Virus record (IMG/VR): IMGVR_UViG_3300046167_000733
Coordinates: 43,777 to 107,776 of that record
DNA from: a virus
DNA: 64,000 nucleotides
Strand: one strand, 5' to 3'
In this document: one piece after another, positions 20,068 through 31,442 of the stretch
Numbering within the stretch: position 1 is the stretch's first letter
Layout of the letters: each line of letters starts with the position of its first letter
Position numbers and translations under genes: made by a program
Notes under the pieces: generated by a model
Seen by the model: only the letters and a program-made list of their open reading frames with translations
Told to the model about the DNA's origin: nothing
Database searches by the model: none

Positions 20068-20074
20068 AAAAGTA

Positions 20075-20082
20075 TATAAATA
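20075..20082 (+). promoter_or_regulatory. late promoter TATAAATA
   Basis: Exact consensus upstream of the RBS and ATG at 20107. Confidence 0.7.
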
Positions 20083-20106
20083 GAATAAAGAATTAGGATA
20101 ATATAA

Positions 20107-21132
20107 ATGGCAAAACAAACATTAAATAAGGGAAGTTCTGCGAACGACGGTACAGGTGATACACTTCGTGCAGGTGCGCAAAAGATTAATGAGAACTTCA
20201 CTGAACTCTATGGTATATTAGGAGGTAACTCTCTTAACTCAGGTATCTCTTTTGATGCAACCACAAAGGGTCTCATCTTTGAAGGTTCTTCTGCCGATGA
20301 CCACGAGACATTTCTTGTTCCTACAAACGCAACTGCAGATAGAACGATTACTCTTCCAAACCTTACAGGAACAGTATCTCTTATTACGGCAACAGAAACA
20401 CTCACAAACAAAACACTTACGACTCCTACATTAACTAATCCTATATTAAGTCCTACTGCAACTACTGCGGGTAAGATAGAATTCTTAGAAGGTACAAACA
20501 ACGGAACAAACAAGGCAACTCTGATTGGACCTGCTTCAACTGCAGACGTAACCATAACCCTACCCGCGACAACAGATACATTAGTTGCTAGGACAACAAC
20601 AGATACACTTACTAATAAGACACTTACGACCCCTGTGTTAACAGCACCCAAAGTTACAACAAGTATAAATGACGCGAATAATAATGAAATAATAGAGACC
20701 CCTGCAACAGGAAGTGCAGTAAATCATTTCAAACTTACAAATGCCGCAACAGGTAATAATGTTACATTAGAAGCAACAGGTTCAGATACTAATGTTGGAC
20801 TCAATGTTACGAGTAAGGGAACAGGACTTGTTACAGTAACAACAGGTGTTGCGTTTTCAGAAATAGTACAAACTGCAAATGGTGCGGTATCTCTTGTTAA
20901 GACCGTAACAGTATTCAATAAAGGTTCTGCTCTTGCCGCAACACTTGCAAACGGAACAGTTGTAGGACAACTAAAAATACTTACAAACAAAGGTGCAGGG
21001 GCGGCAACAACAACTCCTGCAAACTTTGGGGCGGGAACAACAATCGCAATAGCACAACACAAGACCGCAACATTATTGTGGGACGGAACTAACTGGCAAA
21101 TACAATCAACTTATGGTGGAACGGTAGCATAA
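20107..21132 (+). CDS. baseplate/fibre connector with gp9/gp10-type N-terminus
   Basis: MAKQTLNKGSSANDGTGDTLRAGAQKINENFTELY; TLTNKTLT repeats. Confidence 0.75.
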   Translation: MAKQTLNKGSSANDGTGDTLRAGAQKINENFTELYGILGGNSLNSGISFDATTKGLIFEGSSADDHETFLVPTNATADRTITLPNLTGTVSLITATETLTNKTLTTPTLTNPILSPTATTAGKIEFLEGTNNGTNKATLIGPASTADVTITLPATTDTLVARTTTDTLTNKTLTTPVLTAPKVTTSINDANNNEIIETPATGSAVNHFKLTNAATGNNVTLEATGSDTNVGLNVTSKGTGLVTVTTGVAFSEIVQTANGAVSLVKTVTVFNKGSALAATLANGTVVGQLKILTNKGAGAATTTPANFGAGTTIAIAQHKTATLLWDGTNWQIQSTYGGTVA

Positions 21133-21133
21133 A

Positions 21134-22492
21134 ATGGCAATAGTAACAAATAAATTAAAAAGAGAGATGGTTCAATTATTATTGAATAATTTTAATGACT
21201 CTGCATCTAATCATTACTTTATTGGTATTGGTAAATCAGATGAATGGAACTCAACTGACACTGCACCCACTGCAGAAAGTCAAGATGTTGAAGGAAGATT
21301 GTTTAGAAACTCACTTCAGTCTGTAAAGAAAGTTGCAGATATATCTTTTGTTGTTCCTCGTTACAATTGGAGTTCAGGAACAATATATTCACCATACAAC
21401 GACAAGCAAGTTGGATACCCAACACAATCTTATTATGTAATGAATGACAACAATCAAGTTTATGTTTGTATACAACAACCTAAAAATAACGAGGGTGTAG
21501 GACAACCTTCTACAGTACAACCTTCTGGTAATACGACAGGTACTACATTTATAACAGCAGATGATTATGCATGGAAGTTTTTATATTCTATCTCTGCATT
21601 AGATGCCTCTAAGTATATTGCCGCTAACTTTATACCTGTTAAGAAACAAATAGGTTCAGGAAGTCAGGCATCAGATACAGAACAACTTGCCGCCCAGAAT
21701 GCCGCAGTCTTTGGAGAGATAATAGGATATTCTGTTGAGTCTGGTGGAGCAGGATATGGTTCTACTCCGACATTGACCGTTGTTGGTAATGGTACTAAGG
21801 CAAAGGCAACTGCAACTATAAGTGGTGGTATTGTAACAAGAGTTGAAGTAGATGATAGTGCATCAACACTCACACTAGGTTCAGGATACACTAATGCTAT
21901 CGTCACACAAGCAGGTGGGTCACCCACTAAACCTGCAAAGATAAGACCTATATTTGCATCTAAAGGTGGTATGGGTTCAGACCCAAGACAAGACCTAAGA
22001 GCAAATGGTATTATGCTTGCAATAAAACCAGACGGAGCAGAAGGTAGTGGAGACTTTATAGTAGGAAACGATTTCCGTCAAGTAGGTCTATTAAGAAATG
22101 TAACTGCTGATAGTGACAATGGTACATTATTTACAGGTGCAACAGGACTTGCATTAGACCAATTACAGTTTGCTTCTGTATCAAGTGGGTTCACTGCAGA
22201 CAAAACTATAGTAGGTGGAACTTCAGGTGCAAAGGGACTTATAGATAAAGTAGACTCAACAAAAGTATGGTATCACCAGAATGATGATACAGGTTACACA
22301 AGTTTCGGTGCGACTGAAGCAGTAACTGAATTAGATGGTAATGGTGCAGGTGCACTTGATAGTGCGGGTGCATATCTTGTAAGTTCAGAGGTTTCAAGAA
22401 TCACTGGAGACTTATTATATATAGATAATAGGGCGGCAGTAACTCGTGCCGCAGACCAAAAAGAAGACATTAAAATAGTAATACAAATTTAG
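21134..22492 (+). CDS. 8: baseplate wedge subunit gp8
   Basis: FVVPRYNWSSG, YYVMN...VYVCI, DDYAWKFLYSI, DFRQVGL and GDLLYIDNR..VTRA.DQKEDIKIVIQ motifs. Confidence 0.92.
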   Translation: MAIVTNKLKREMVQLLLNNFNDSASNHYFIGIGKSDEWNSTDTAPTAESQDVEGRLFRNSLQSVKKVADISFVVPRYNWSSGTIYSPYNDKQVGYPTQSYYVMNDNNQVYVCIQQPKNNEGVGQPSTVQPSGNTTGTTFITADDYAWKFLYSISALDASKYIAANFIPVKKQIGSGSQASDTEQLAAQNAAVFGEIIGYSVESGGAGYGSTPTLTVVGNGTKAKATATISGGIVTRVEVDDSASTLTLGSGYTNAIVTQAGGSPTKPAKIRPIFASKGGMGSDPRQDLRANGIMLAIKPDGAEGSGDFIVGNDFRQVGLLRNVTADSDNGTLFTGATGLALDQLQFASVSSGFTADKTIVGGTSGAKGLIDKVDSTKVWYHQNDDTGYTSFGATEAVTELDGNGAGALDSAGAYLVSSEVSRITGDLLYIDNRAAVTRAADQKEDIKIVIQI

Positions 22493-22504
22493 GACAGTAA
22501 CCTC

Positions 22505-25500
22505 ATGACAAACACATTTACCTCAAATGTCTTTTCTTCTACTTATAAAGACGATTTCCTTGATAGTGATAACTATCATCGCATATTGTTTAATAGTGGT
22601 AGAGCGTTACAGGCACGAGAACTCACCCAAATGCAGACAATTATCCAAGAGGAGATTGCAAGGTTTGGTAGAAACATATTTAAAGATGGTGCGGCAGTAA
22701 ACCCAGGTGGTCCATCTATAATGAATGACTACGAGTTTGTTAAACTTAATACAGAAACAAACACATTACCCGTAGACACATCAACACTTGTAGGAACAGA
22801 ATTTACAGGTGCAAGTTCAACGGTTAAAGCAAGAGTTGTAGAGGTTGTTGCCTCAACAGGGTCAGACCCCGCAACACTTTATGTTCAGTATACAAATACT
22901 TCAGGTGGTGCAACAGGTGCAACCCCTGTTCGTTTCGTTGCAGGTGAAGTTGTTGGTAACGGAAGTATAAACCTTACAGTACAATCAACAAATACTGCAA
23001 GTAACCCTGCTATAGGTGTCGGTTGTAAAATTAACAATGCGGCAGGAGACTTCTTTGTAAGAGGACACTTTGTATTTGTAAAACCACAAGGACTTATACT
23101 TTCCAAATATTCAAATAATGTTACTAAGGTTGTTGGTTTCAAAATAACAGAAGACATTATAACTGCAACAGATGATAGTGCTTTATACGACAATCAGGGT
23201 GCAACACCTAATGTGACAAGTGCAGGTGCAGACAGATATCGTATCGCACTTGTTTTAACAACACAAGACTTAATCGCATCAGATGAGAACTTTGTATTCT
23301 ATTGTAAAGTAGTAGATGGAAAGATTGTTGACCAAGTATCAGGTACAGATGATTACAACAAAATAAATGACCTTCTTGCAGAAAGAACAAAAGAAGAATC
23401 AGGAAACTATATTGCTAATAGATTTAAGTCAAACTTAAAAGATAGTGCCTCAAGTCACATTCTTGGTATATCTGATGGTATTGCATATGTTAATGGTTAT
23501 CGTGCAGAAAACCCTGCTCCTATATCTTTAATAATACCAAAACCAAGAACAACTACTACAATCAATAACGATGTAGCACCTATTTCATATGGTTCATACT
23601 TTATATGTTCTACACTCAAGGGTAATTTAAATGTATCTGCATTTGCTTCTGTGAACTTATCCACACATGCAAGTAACCCAAGTGGTAGTGTTGTTGGTAC
23701 TGCAAAAGTAAGATATGTAGAAAAAGACGGAAGTAATCACAAAGTATATCTCTTTGATATCAAAATGAATAGTGGTATTAAATTGAGTAGTGTTAAGACA
23801 GTTGGTACAGGTTCTGCAGATGTTGGTATTATTGCTTTAGAAAATAGTAAAGCAGTTCTCAAAGAAGCAAATAAAACGAACCTTGTATATACGACTTCCA
23901 AAGCAAGACCTTCAAATATTACTGATGTATCTTTTGAGGTACAAAGAATTAAAACAGGGACATCATCGGGTACAGGTACACTTACAATAGGAGGACTTGG
24001 TACAGGTGAGACCTATACTAATACAGGTCAAGTGATTGCAACTGTTGATTCTTCAGGTGCTGTTGTTACTCCTTCAAGTATAACAGGTGGTTCTTCACTT
24101 GTGTTTGCAGGATTACCTACATCAAGTGCGATGACATTCTATACAAAAGTAAATAAATCAGCACCAAGTGTAAGACAAAAAACACTTAGTGCTACTTTAT
24201 TACATAGTGCAGTAATTGAGTCCGATGGGACAGGGGTAAGGTTCATAGACTTACACGCAACAGATTTACATAAAGTAAGTGCAGTATACGCCGCTGATAG
24301 TTCAGATTTATCTTCAAGATTTAGTATTGACAATGGTCAACGCGCAAGTCATTATGCAAATGCTCGTTTGGTTGTTCAAGACGGTGCAACTCCACCTTCA
24401 GGAGATGTGATTGTAAAGTATCAACACTTCACACATGGTGCAGGTGACTTCTTCTCAGTCAACTCTTATGATGGTCAAGTAGACTATGAGAATATTCCAA
24501 CTTACAATGTTAACTCAAGAACTTCAGTAAATCTCAGAGATGTTATTGACTTCCGTTCTTCAGTAGACTCTGCAGGAACATTCACAGGTTCAGGGGCGGC
24601 ATTAAACGAGATACCAACTAATGGCGACACTTTCCAAGGCGACATAACATACTACTTACCAAGAAAAGATAAAGTCGTTATTACAACACAGGGTATAGTT
24701 AAAAATATTCAAGGCGATGCAGGATTTCAATCACAAATACCTCCAACACCAGAAAACACTCTTGCATTATTTGAACTAGAGCATAATGCATATGGACTAC
24801 ATGATAGTGATACTGTTGTAAGACCTATTGAGGCAAAACGATTCACTATGAAAGATATCTCTAAGTTAGAAAAAAGAGTAGACAAACTTGAAGAAGTTAC
24901 TTCATTATCACTTCTAGAGGTTGACACGAATGCATTACTTGTATTAGACTCTGCAGGTAATCCTCGTAGTAAGTCAGGTTTCTTTGTGGACAACTTTAGA
25001 AATCGTGCATTTGTAGATACACAAAACTTAGAGTATCGTGCCGCGATTGACCCATCACTTGGGTTTATGTCGCCTCAACAAAACACCGATAATGTTACAC
25101 TAAGATATGACTCAGACTTATCTACTAACACTATACTTAAAGGTGATACAGTATATATCAACCATACTCATGTTTCTGCAATCGCACAAACTAAAGTTTC
25201 TGGTACAGAAAATGTAAACCCATTTGGTGTTATAACAGGAATGGGTAACATAACATTATCACCTACTTCAGATGAATGGCAAGATACATTCTTCCAACCA
25301 GAGAATGTAATCAATCAAACTGCCGAAGAAAACTTAGGAGACCTCAATCAGGGGTTGACCTTTGGTACTAATGGTAACTTTGATTGGTCATCAAATAACT
25401 TTGTTCCTGTAACTGGATTTGGTCCCACAGTAATGAATATGTTAAATGGTTGGAACGGCACTACAATGTGGAACAGTCTTGGTGTTTCTACATTTGGAAC

Positions 25501-27688
25501 AGTTAGAACTTTAAGTGGAAGACCCACAAACGCAAATCCTGTATTTGCTCAAAGTAATGTTTCAAGAGACCCCGATACACTAGGTCTTGGTGGTTTCTCA
25601 AATCGTATTGTTACAGGTAATAGAACAGTAAGAGAAATTATTGAGGACAGAGAAGTTTCTTTAACATTCATACCTTTCATTCGTTCACGAAAATTATTCT
25701 TCAAAGCAGAAGGTTTAAGACCTAGTACAAGATACTATCCATTCTTTGATGGTACTGCAGTAGATAATTTTGTGAGAGAAGAAACTTTTGCTAGGTTCTC
25801 AACATCTACAAGTGGTGGTGTTGAATATGGTAATGAGTTTAGAAATAATACTGCTCACCCACAGACATCTTCAACACTTGTATCAGATGTGAATGGTACT
25901 ATAGAAGGTTCATTCTTTATCCCCTGTCAAGACGGTGAAGACGGCATAAAGTTCCGTACGGGTACACGAGAGTTTAAACTCCTTGATATAAACAAAAATG
26001 ATGAGGCGGCGGCAACAGGTCGCGCTTCAATTAATTATGTAGCACAAGGTACATTATCAACTCGACAACAGACAGTAACATCAACTCGTATCACACAAAT
26101 ACGACCAAACATATCAGTACAACCAAGAGACCCTCTTGCGCAATCTTTCAGAGTTATAGACCCTGCAGGAATGTTTGTTACAAAAGTGGAATGTTTCTTT
26201 AGTACTAAGGATGCAAGTATTCCAATCGAAATGCAAATAAGACCTCTTGTGAATGGTGCGCCATCTTCAACAGAAATTCTTGGAAATGCTATTAAGTTCT
26301 TGAATCCATCATCTGTCAACTTACCTGCAGGACAAACTTCTGCAGAGGTACTTGCCGCACCAACAACATTTGAGTTTGATGAACCAATCTTCTTGAATCC
26401 TAATACAGAGTATGCTATTGTTCTTCTTGCAGAGTCAACAGACTATAATGCATATGTTGCAGAGACTTATGCCTTTGAACTTGGTTCAACAGAACTTCGT
26501 ATTAATCGTCAACCTGCTATGGGTTCACTCTTTAAGTCACAGAATGGTTCTACATGGGAACCAGACCAAACAAAAGACTTGATGTTTAGAATATACAAAG
26601 CATCATTCGATACTACAGGTGGTAGTGCTGTATTTGAGAATACAGATGTTCAAGAAGAACTCGTTGTGAATAATGGTTTATATGCGGATAGTGGAGATGC
26701 GACGATTGTTGCCCTTATACCAAATCATGGGTTCTCAGTAAACGATAAAGTTAATGTGTCGGGTCTTACTGCAGGAACACGATACAATGGTATATTAGGT
26801 TCATCTATAAATGGTGAAAACACGGTTACTCATGTAGATGGATTTGCAATTAAGTTTGAAGCAGATAGTGCCTCAACTTCTGCAGGTGCGTTTGGTGGTG
26901 CAGTTGTTAAGACTGACAAACAAGTTCAGTTTGATGGTGTCATACCTAATATCACTACTCTTATTCCCGACGATACAAGCGTATCATTTGGTGCGAAATT
27001 TACTACAGGTAAATCTCTTGCAGGTGGTGAAACAAAATATCAGAAAGATACCTCATACACAAATGATTTAAGTATCGGTGAAGAAAACTATTTTGTCAAA
27101 CCTAAGTTAATTGCTTCACCTACAGAAGAGACTGCAGAACTAGGTTCAGGTGTTCGTTCCACAACATGGAAAGTTGACTTGAGTACAACTCGTGCAGATG
27201 TATCACCTATCGTAGATGTTCAGAGAGTTTCTCTAACAACCCTCAGTAATATGATTGACAATCAAGTTGCAAGTTCACCAACTGCGGGTGAAGAAAATGT
27301 TCCATTGACCTATGTTGCAGAGACTACTGCTTTTGGTGGTTCTTCTCTTGCAAAACATATAACTTCAGTACAAGTATTAGAAGAAACTGCGGTTGGACTA
27401 AAAGTAATAGTTGGTGCATTAAGACCTAGTGGTTCAAACTTTGACTTATATTTCAGAACTGCAAACGATGGTGAAGATATACTTGAGAAAACTTGGACAC
27501 TTCAGACACAAGAACAATCTGTTCCTGCTGATAATAGAAACTTCCGTGAATATCGTTTCTTAATCGGTGGACAGGGTGGTGATGTTGCTGAGTTCACACA
27601 GTATCAATATAAGATTGTGATGCGTAGTAATAACTCTTCTGCGGTTCCATTATTCAGAGACTTCAGGTCTATTGCAATGGCAGTATAA
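22505..27688 (+). CDS. large virion structural protein (VrlC/DUF4815-like)
   Basis: YKDDF...YHRILF..GRALQARELTQMQTI, RFTMKDI..LEKRV..LEEVTSLSLLE, DPLAQSF and GSLFKSQNGSTW motifs. Confidence 0.85.
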   Translation: MTNTFTSNVFSSTYKDDFLDSDNYHRILFNSGRALQARELTQMQTIIQEEIARFGRNIFKDGAAVNPGGPSIMNDYEFVKLNTETNTLPVDTSTLVGTEFTGASSTVKARVVEVVASTGSDPATLYVQYTNTSGGATGATPVRFVAGEVVGNGSINLTVQSTNTASNPAIGVGCKINNAAGDFFVRGHFVFVKPQGLILSKYSNNVTKVVGFKITEDIITATDDSALYDNQGATPNVTSAGADRYRIALVLTTQDLIASDENFVFYCKVVDGKIVDQVSGTDDYNKINDLLAERTKEESGNYIANRFKSNLKDSASSHILGISDGIAYVNGYRAENPAPISLIIPKPRTTTTINNDVAPISYGSYFICSTLKGNLNVSAFASVNLSTHASNPSGSVVGTAKVRYVEKDGSNHKVYLFDIKMNSGIKLSSVKTVGTGSADVGIIALENSKAVLKEANKTNLVYTTSKARPSNITDVSFEVQRIKTGTSSGTGTLTIGGLGTGETYTNTGQVIATVDSSGAVVTPSSITGGSSLVFAGLPTSSAMTFYTKVNKSAPSVRQKTLSATLLHSAVIESDGTGVRFIDLHATDLHKVSAVYAADSSDLSSRFSIDNGQRASHYANARLVVQDGATPPSGDVIVKYQHFTHGAGDFFSVNSYDGQVDYENIPTYNVNSRTSVNLRDVIDFRSSVDSAGTFTGSGAALNEIPTNGDTFQGDITYYLPRKDKVVITTQGIVKNIQGDAGFQSQIPPTPENTLALFELEHNAYGLHDSDTVVRPIEAKRFTMKDISKLEKRVDKLEEVTSLSLLEVDTNALLVLDSAGNPRSKSGFFVDNFRNRAFVDTQNLEYRAAIDPSLGFMSPQQNTDNVTLRYDSDLSTNTILKGDTVYINHTHVSAIAQTKVSGTENVNPFGVITGMGNITLSPTSDEWQDTFFQPENVINQTAEENLGDLNQGLTFGTNGNFDWSSNNFVPVTGFGPTVMNMLNGWNGTTMWNSLGVSTFGTVRTLSGRPTNANPVFAQSNVSRDPDTLGLGGFSNRIVTGNRTVREIIEDREVSLTFIPFIRSRKLFFKAEGLRPSTRYYPFFDGTAVDNFVREETFARFSTSTSGGVEYGNEFRNNTAHPQTSSTLVSDVNGTIEGSFFIPCQDGEDGIKFRTGTREFKLLDINKNDEAAATGRASINYVAQGTLSTRQQTVTSTRITQIRPNISVQPRDPLAQSFRVIDPAGMFVTKVECFFSTKDASIPIEMQIRPLVNGAPSSTEILGNAIKFLNPSSVNLPAGQTSAEVLAAPTTFEFDEPIFLNPNTEYAIVLLAESTDYNAYVAETYAFELGSTELRINRQPAMGSLFKSQNGSTWEPDQTKDLMFRIYKASFDTTGGSAVFENTDVQEELVVNNGLYADSGDATIVALIPNHGFSVNDKVNVSGLTAGTRYNGILGSSINGENTVTHVDGFAIKFEADSASTSAGAFGGAVVKTDKQVQFDGVIPNITTLIPDDTSVSFGAKFTTGKSLAGGETKYQKDTSYTNDLSIGEENYFVKPKLIASPTEETAELGSGVRSTTWKVDLSTTRADVSPIVDVQRVSLTTLSNMIDNQVASSPTAGEENVPLTYVAETTAFGGSSLAKHITSVQVLEETAVGLKVIVGALRPSGSNFDLYFRTANDGEDILEKTWTLQTQEQSVPADNRNFREYRFLIGGQGGDVAEFTQYQYKIVMRSNNSSAVPLFRDFRSIAMAV

Positions 27689-27897
27689 TGAAACCCAATC
27701 TGATAATGGTAGAAAATGGTGTAGGACTTGCTCGTGATGTGAGAACAGGTGGGATTATAAACATAAATAAAGAAGAGATACGAACTGCTCGCGAGAGAAA
27801 GAAACGAAGAAAACAAAAGGAAAACGAGTTCGAACAACTCAAGACAGATGTCTCTGAGATGAAACAACTCTTAAACACTATAATAGAGAAACTATAA
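27688..27897 (+). CDS. small conserved structural-module protein
   Basis: LARDVRTGGIIN followed by a coiled coil; typical ORF after VrlC-like genes. Confidence 0.75.
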   Translation: MKPNLIMVENGVGLARDVRTGGIININKEEIRTARERKKRRKQKENEFEQLKTDVSEMKQLLNTIIEKL

Positions 27898-29633
27898 TGA
27901 CCGCTAAACCAACACAATTTGATATATCGTCTACCTTCTCTCAGTTGGTAACAGACTTCAATACAGTTTCACTCGACTTAGGTGGGACAGGTAGATTAAC
28001 CACAAATCAAGACTCAGATGCTGTTTCTGCTATCAATGAGTTAGAGGTTGCGATAAGAGGGACATCTAATAATCTTGCCGCAAGTGATATAACAACTACT
28101 GCAAAAAATCTTGTGGGTTCCGTAAATGAACTTGATGCCGAGTTAGGTACAATCACTGCAGGGGCAATGGGAACAACTGCATCAACTGTATCTGCCGCAG
28201 TTCTAGAACTTCATGGAGAAGTAACTACTGCGACTACTAATATTGCTACAATCAATACAAAACTTGGAACAGTATCTGCGGGTAACATGGGAACTTCTGC
28301 GAGTACAGTCGTTACTGCGATTGCAGAACTAGAAGCAGAGATTGATACTCTTAATACAAAAGTATCTCCTGCAACTTCGCTTACAACAACTGCCACAACT
28401 ACAGTAGGTGGTATTAATGAACTTGACGCAGAAATAGGTGCGGCATCTCTTGCAACATCTGCAACTACTGTCAAGGGTGCAATCAATGAACTTCACGGTG
28501 AGATTGGAACTGCTATAAGTGGAAACCATTTAACTGCAGGCAATATAGGTGCGTCATTAAATTCTCTTGCAACTAAAATAGGTAGTGTTACTGCAGGCAA
28601 TATGGGAACAACTGCTTCAACTGTTGTTACCGCTATAGCAGAACTAGAGGCAGAGATTGATGTAATCAATAGTCAGGGTGCGGGTCCAAGTAACACTGCA
28701 ATAGGTACACTTACTGACCTAACCACATCTACACAAGCAAATCTGGTTGCCGCAGTAAATGAAATAGAAGCAGTCTTCGACGCATCTACACACGAGATAT
28801 CTGCAGGAACAAACGCATTCGATGTTGTTTCAGGTGCATTCACAATAGACGCAAGTGGAACCATATCACTTGATGCCGCAACTACTGCGTTGACAGGAAA
28901 CTTGGATATGTCTACAGATACGGGTCGTTTACGACTAGGTGCAGGTAATGACTTATCAATCTTTCATGATGGTTCTAACTCATATATCCAAGACAATGGT
29001 ACAGGTGATTTAATACTAAGAGGTAGTAGCAATATAAAGTTACAATCTGCAGGAGGGACTACTCATGCTAACTTTAACTCTTCAGGAGCAGTAACTCTAA
29101 ATCATGCAGGTAACGAAAAGTTTATATCTAAATCTACAGGTGCGGGTATTACGGGTCAACTAGATTTATCTTCACACTTGGATATGCCAGATAATGCTAT
29201 CATTAAACTTGGTACAGGAGACGATTTACAAATCTATCACGATGCTTCTAACTCATACATAAAAGATGCGGGTACAGGGGGACTATATCTACGTACAAAC
29301 CTATTAAGTATACAAAGTGATGATGGATTAGAAACATACGCAACATTTACTGATAATGGTGCTGTTGATTTATACCATAACGCAAGTAAGCGGTTTGAAA
29401 CTACTGCCACTGGTATAGATGTGACAGGAGAACTGACTTTAGATACTGATGCCGTAATAAAGGGTGGTTCTTCTGCCGCAATAACCTTTGCTGGTGCGAA
29501 TGTCACTATGGGTGGAACTATAACACCAAGTGTTTCTCTTACCACAAGTGCATCGACAGTTGCCGCCGCAATAAATGAGTTGAAAGCAAGTATCCCTATA
29601 GTATATAATGCCGCAGGGTCTGCGTTGAACTAG
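27897..29633 (+). CDS. tail fibre / fibritin-like protein
   Basis: Repeats of TTA.T.V.AINEL and two LGTGDDLQIYHD-type fibre modules. Confidence 0.75.
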   Translation: MTAKPTQFDISSTFSQLVTDFNTVSLDLGGTGRLTTNQDSDAVSAINELEVAIRGTSNNLAASDITTTAKNLVGSVNELDAELGTITAGAMGTTASTVSAAVLELHGEVTTATTNIATINTKLGTVSAGNMGTSASTVVTAIAELEAEIDTLNTKVSPATSLTTTATTTVGGINELDAEIGAASLATSATTVKGAINELHGEIGTAISGNHLTAGNIGASLNSLATKIGSVTAGNMGTTASTVVTAIAELEAEIDVINSQGAGPSNTAIGTLTDLTTSTQANLVAAVNEIEAVFDASTHEISAGTNAFDVVSGAFTIDASGTISLDAATTALTGNLDMSTDTGRLRLGAGNDLSIFHDGSNSYIQDNGTGDLILRGSSNIKLQSAGGTTHANFNSSGAVTLNHAGNEKFISKSTGAGITGQLDLSSHLDMPDNAIIKLGTGDDLQIYHDASNSYIKDAGTGGLYLRTNLLSIQSDDGLETYATFTDNGAVDLYHNASKRFETTATGIDVTGELTLDTDAVIKGGSSAAITFAGANVTMGGTITPSVSLTTSASTVAAAINELKASIPIVYNAAGSALN

Positions 29634-29639
29634 GAGTAA

Positions 29640-30980
29640 TTGATGTCTCGATTACCATTAAAATATAAATCAGGAAATGATGTTCAGGAGATAACAACTG
29701 CTGAACACAACTACCTCGCATATCTTGCAGGGTTAGAGTTAGAAACCGTTTCAGGTACTTATAGTGAAGCAGTGCTTGGTTCTCTTGGTAAGACAAATCA
29801 ATCTAATGATTTGAATGTTGGTTCTTTTACTAATACAGAATACACAGGTTCCAATGGTGATGTAGGTGACCACGGAACTCTTACTATCACAACAACAACA
29901 ACTCCAATATATCAACAAGATGCCTCAGTTTCTATTCATGCTGATTTCCGCAATCCTTTGTATCAAAAACAAACGAGTGGACAACAGGAGATACAAGAGT
30001 TCAATGATACAGACCAACAAGATTTGGGGGAAACTCTTGCGGGTATCATATATACAAATGATTATCCAGGAACATTTAAATTAGGTTCATCTGCACCGAG
30101 TAGTGATTATAGTGTTGCAGTTGCAAATGTTATGACCGACACTCGTACAACAGGTGCTGATATTGTTTACAATATTTATCAAAGACACACAATGTCTGCC
30201 CCAACCGAGATTGATTTGATGGCAGTCGCAAGAGGTTCTTCTTCACCTTATAATGCAAGTTCAGGGACTTATAGAGGTCTCATAATAATGGCAGATAGTC
30301 ATAGGTCAAAAACTGCGAAGGGTTGTCTCGATAGACATCTTGCATCTATTACTAGTACTAATCTACCAATAGGTTCATATCTAATCAGAAGTTCTTCTCA
30401 GGGTGCACCTTCTGAAACAGGTACTTGGGTTGCAAAAGGAACTGCTATTGATACACGAAATGCAATCGCAGATGCTAACTACACTAATACATTTCAGGAT
30501 GGTGCTTTTACTAAGACTATCAATTCAAACTTCTCAGGAACATATACAGGTACATATACAGGAACAGGTACTGTAACATATAACAATATTAGTAGTTCAA
30601 ACAGATGGGAAAGAGTTTCCACTCAAACTCCTGCTATTGGAGATGGTGTTGAAGTTTATGTTGGTGGTTCACTCGTTGCGAGTAGTGTTAATGCAAACGC
30701 AACAACTATTACTGCAGGGAATGGTGTTGTTTATAATCGAGGAGATTTAGATAGTATTCAGAGTATAACAGGTTCAATCGGTAATAGAACAACTACAAGT
30801 TGGTATGAGTTTTCTGCAGTAACAAGTACGAACTATACAGGAACTTATACAGGATTCTATGGTGGAACTAAAACAACTACATCTACTCCTGCCGCATCTA
30901 CAGGTACATTTGTTGGTGACACTATTCAAAATACCACAGAAAATATCGAGACATACACTCTATATGTAAGGACTGCATAA
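29640..30980 (+). CDS. virion structural protein (fibre-associated)
   Basis: Thr/Ser/Gly-rich with YTGTYTG repeats, ending ETYTLYVRTA. Confidence 0.6.
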   Translation: MMSRLPLKYKSGNDVQEITTAEHNYLAYLAGLELETVSGTYSEAVLGSLGKTNQSNDLNVGSFTNTEYTGSNGDVGDHGTLTITTTTTPIYQQDASVSIHADFRNPLYQKQTSGQQEIQEFNDTDQQDLGETLAGIIYTNDYPGTFKLGSSAPSSDYSVAVANVMTDTRTTGADIVYNIYQRHTMSAPTEIDLMAVARGSSSPYNASSGTYRGLIIMADSHRSKTAKGCLDRHLASITSTNLPIGSYLIRSSSQGAPSETGTWVAKGTAIDTRNAIADANYTNTFQDGAFTKTINSNFSGTYTGTYTGTGTVTYNNISSSNRWERVSTQTPAIGDGVEVYVGGSLVASSVNANATTITAGNGVVYNRGDLDSIQSITGSIGNRTTTSWYEFSAVTSTNYTGTYTGFYGGTKTTTSTPAASTGTFVGDTIQNTTENIETYTLYVRTA

Positions 30981-31013
30981 AAAACATATAGATATACTTG
31001 ACTGTGGAGATAT

Positions 31014-31442
31014 ATGATGCAACGAACTTGGTTAGATAATGCCTTTTGGGAAACCCCCAAGAAACTCGTTCTAAATTGTATTAGCGAACATACCGACGAA
31101 GAAGGTAGGATTATTCGCAAGACAATGAAACTCAAAGAGAAACATCCCCAGTTCAAAGAGTGTATAGACTTCCTTGGAGAAGATGTTATTGAGGCATCCA
31201 CCGAGGAACGTAGGAAAAGAAAACTTCTTGAAAGAGAAATAGAACTCGAAAAAGAAAATGAACTTGGTAAGGCAAAGAAACTAGAAGTACTCTTCAAGTA
31301 TAAACTAGAGACTTTCGAAATCCCCGAAATAAAATCCGCAACAAATCGTAAACTCAAATCAAAACTTCGTAGGTCAAAGTCTATACCCGAAGTCAATCTC
31401 TATGCTATGATGATACTCCAAGAAAGTCTGAAAGATGAATAA
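31014..31442 (+). CDS. hypothetical protein (basic, helical; possibly a fibre-assembly factor)
   Basis: RBS GGAG; ends with LFKYKLETFEIPEIK...KSKLRRSKS; overlaps the glycosyltransferase start. Confidence 0.7.
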   Translation: MMQRTWLDNAFWETPKKLVLNCISEHTDEEGRIIRKTMKLKEKHPQFKECIDFLGEDVIEASTEERRKRKLLEREIELEKENELGKAKKLEVLFKYKLETFEIPEIKSATNRKLKSKLRRSKSIPEVNLYAMMILQESLKDE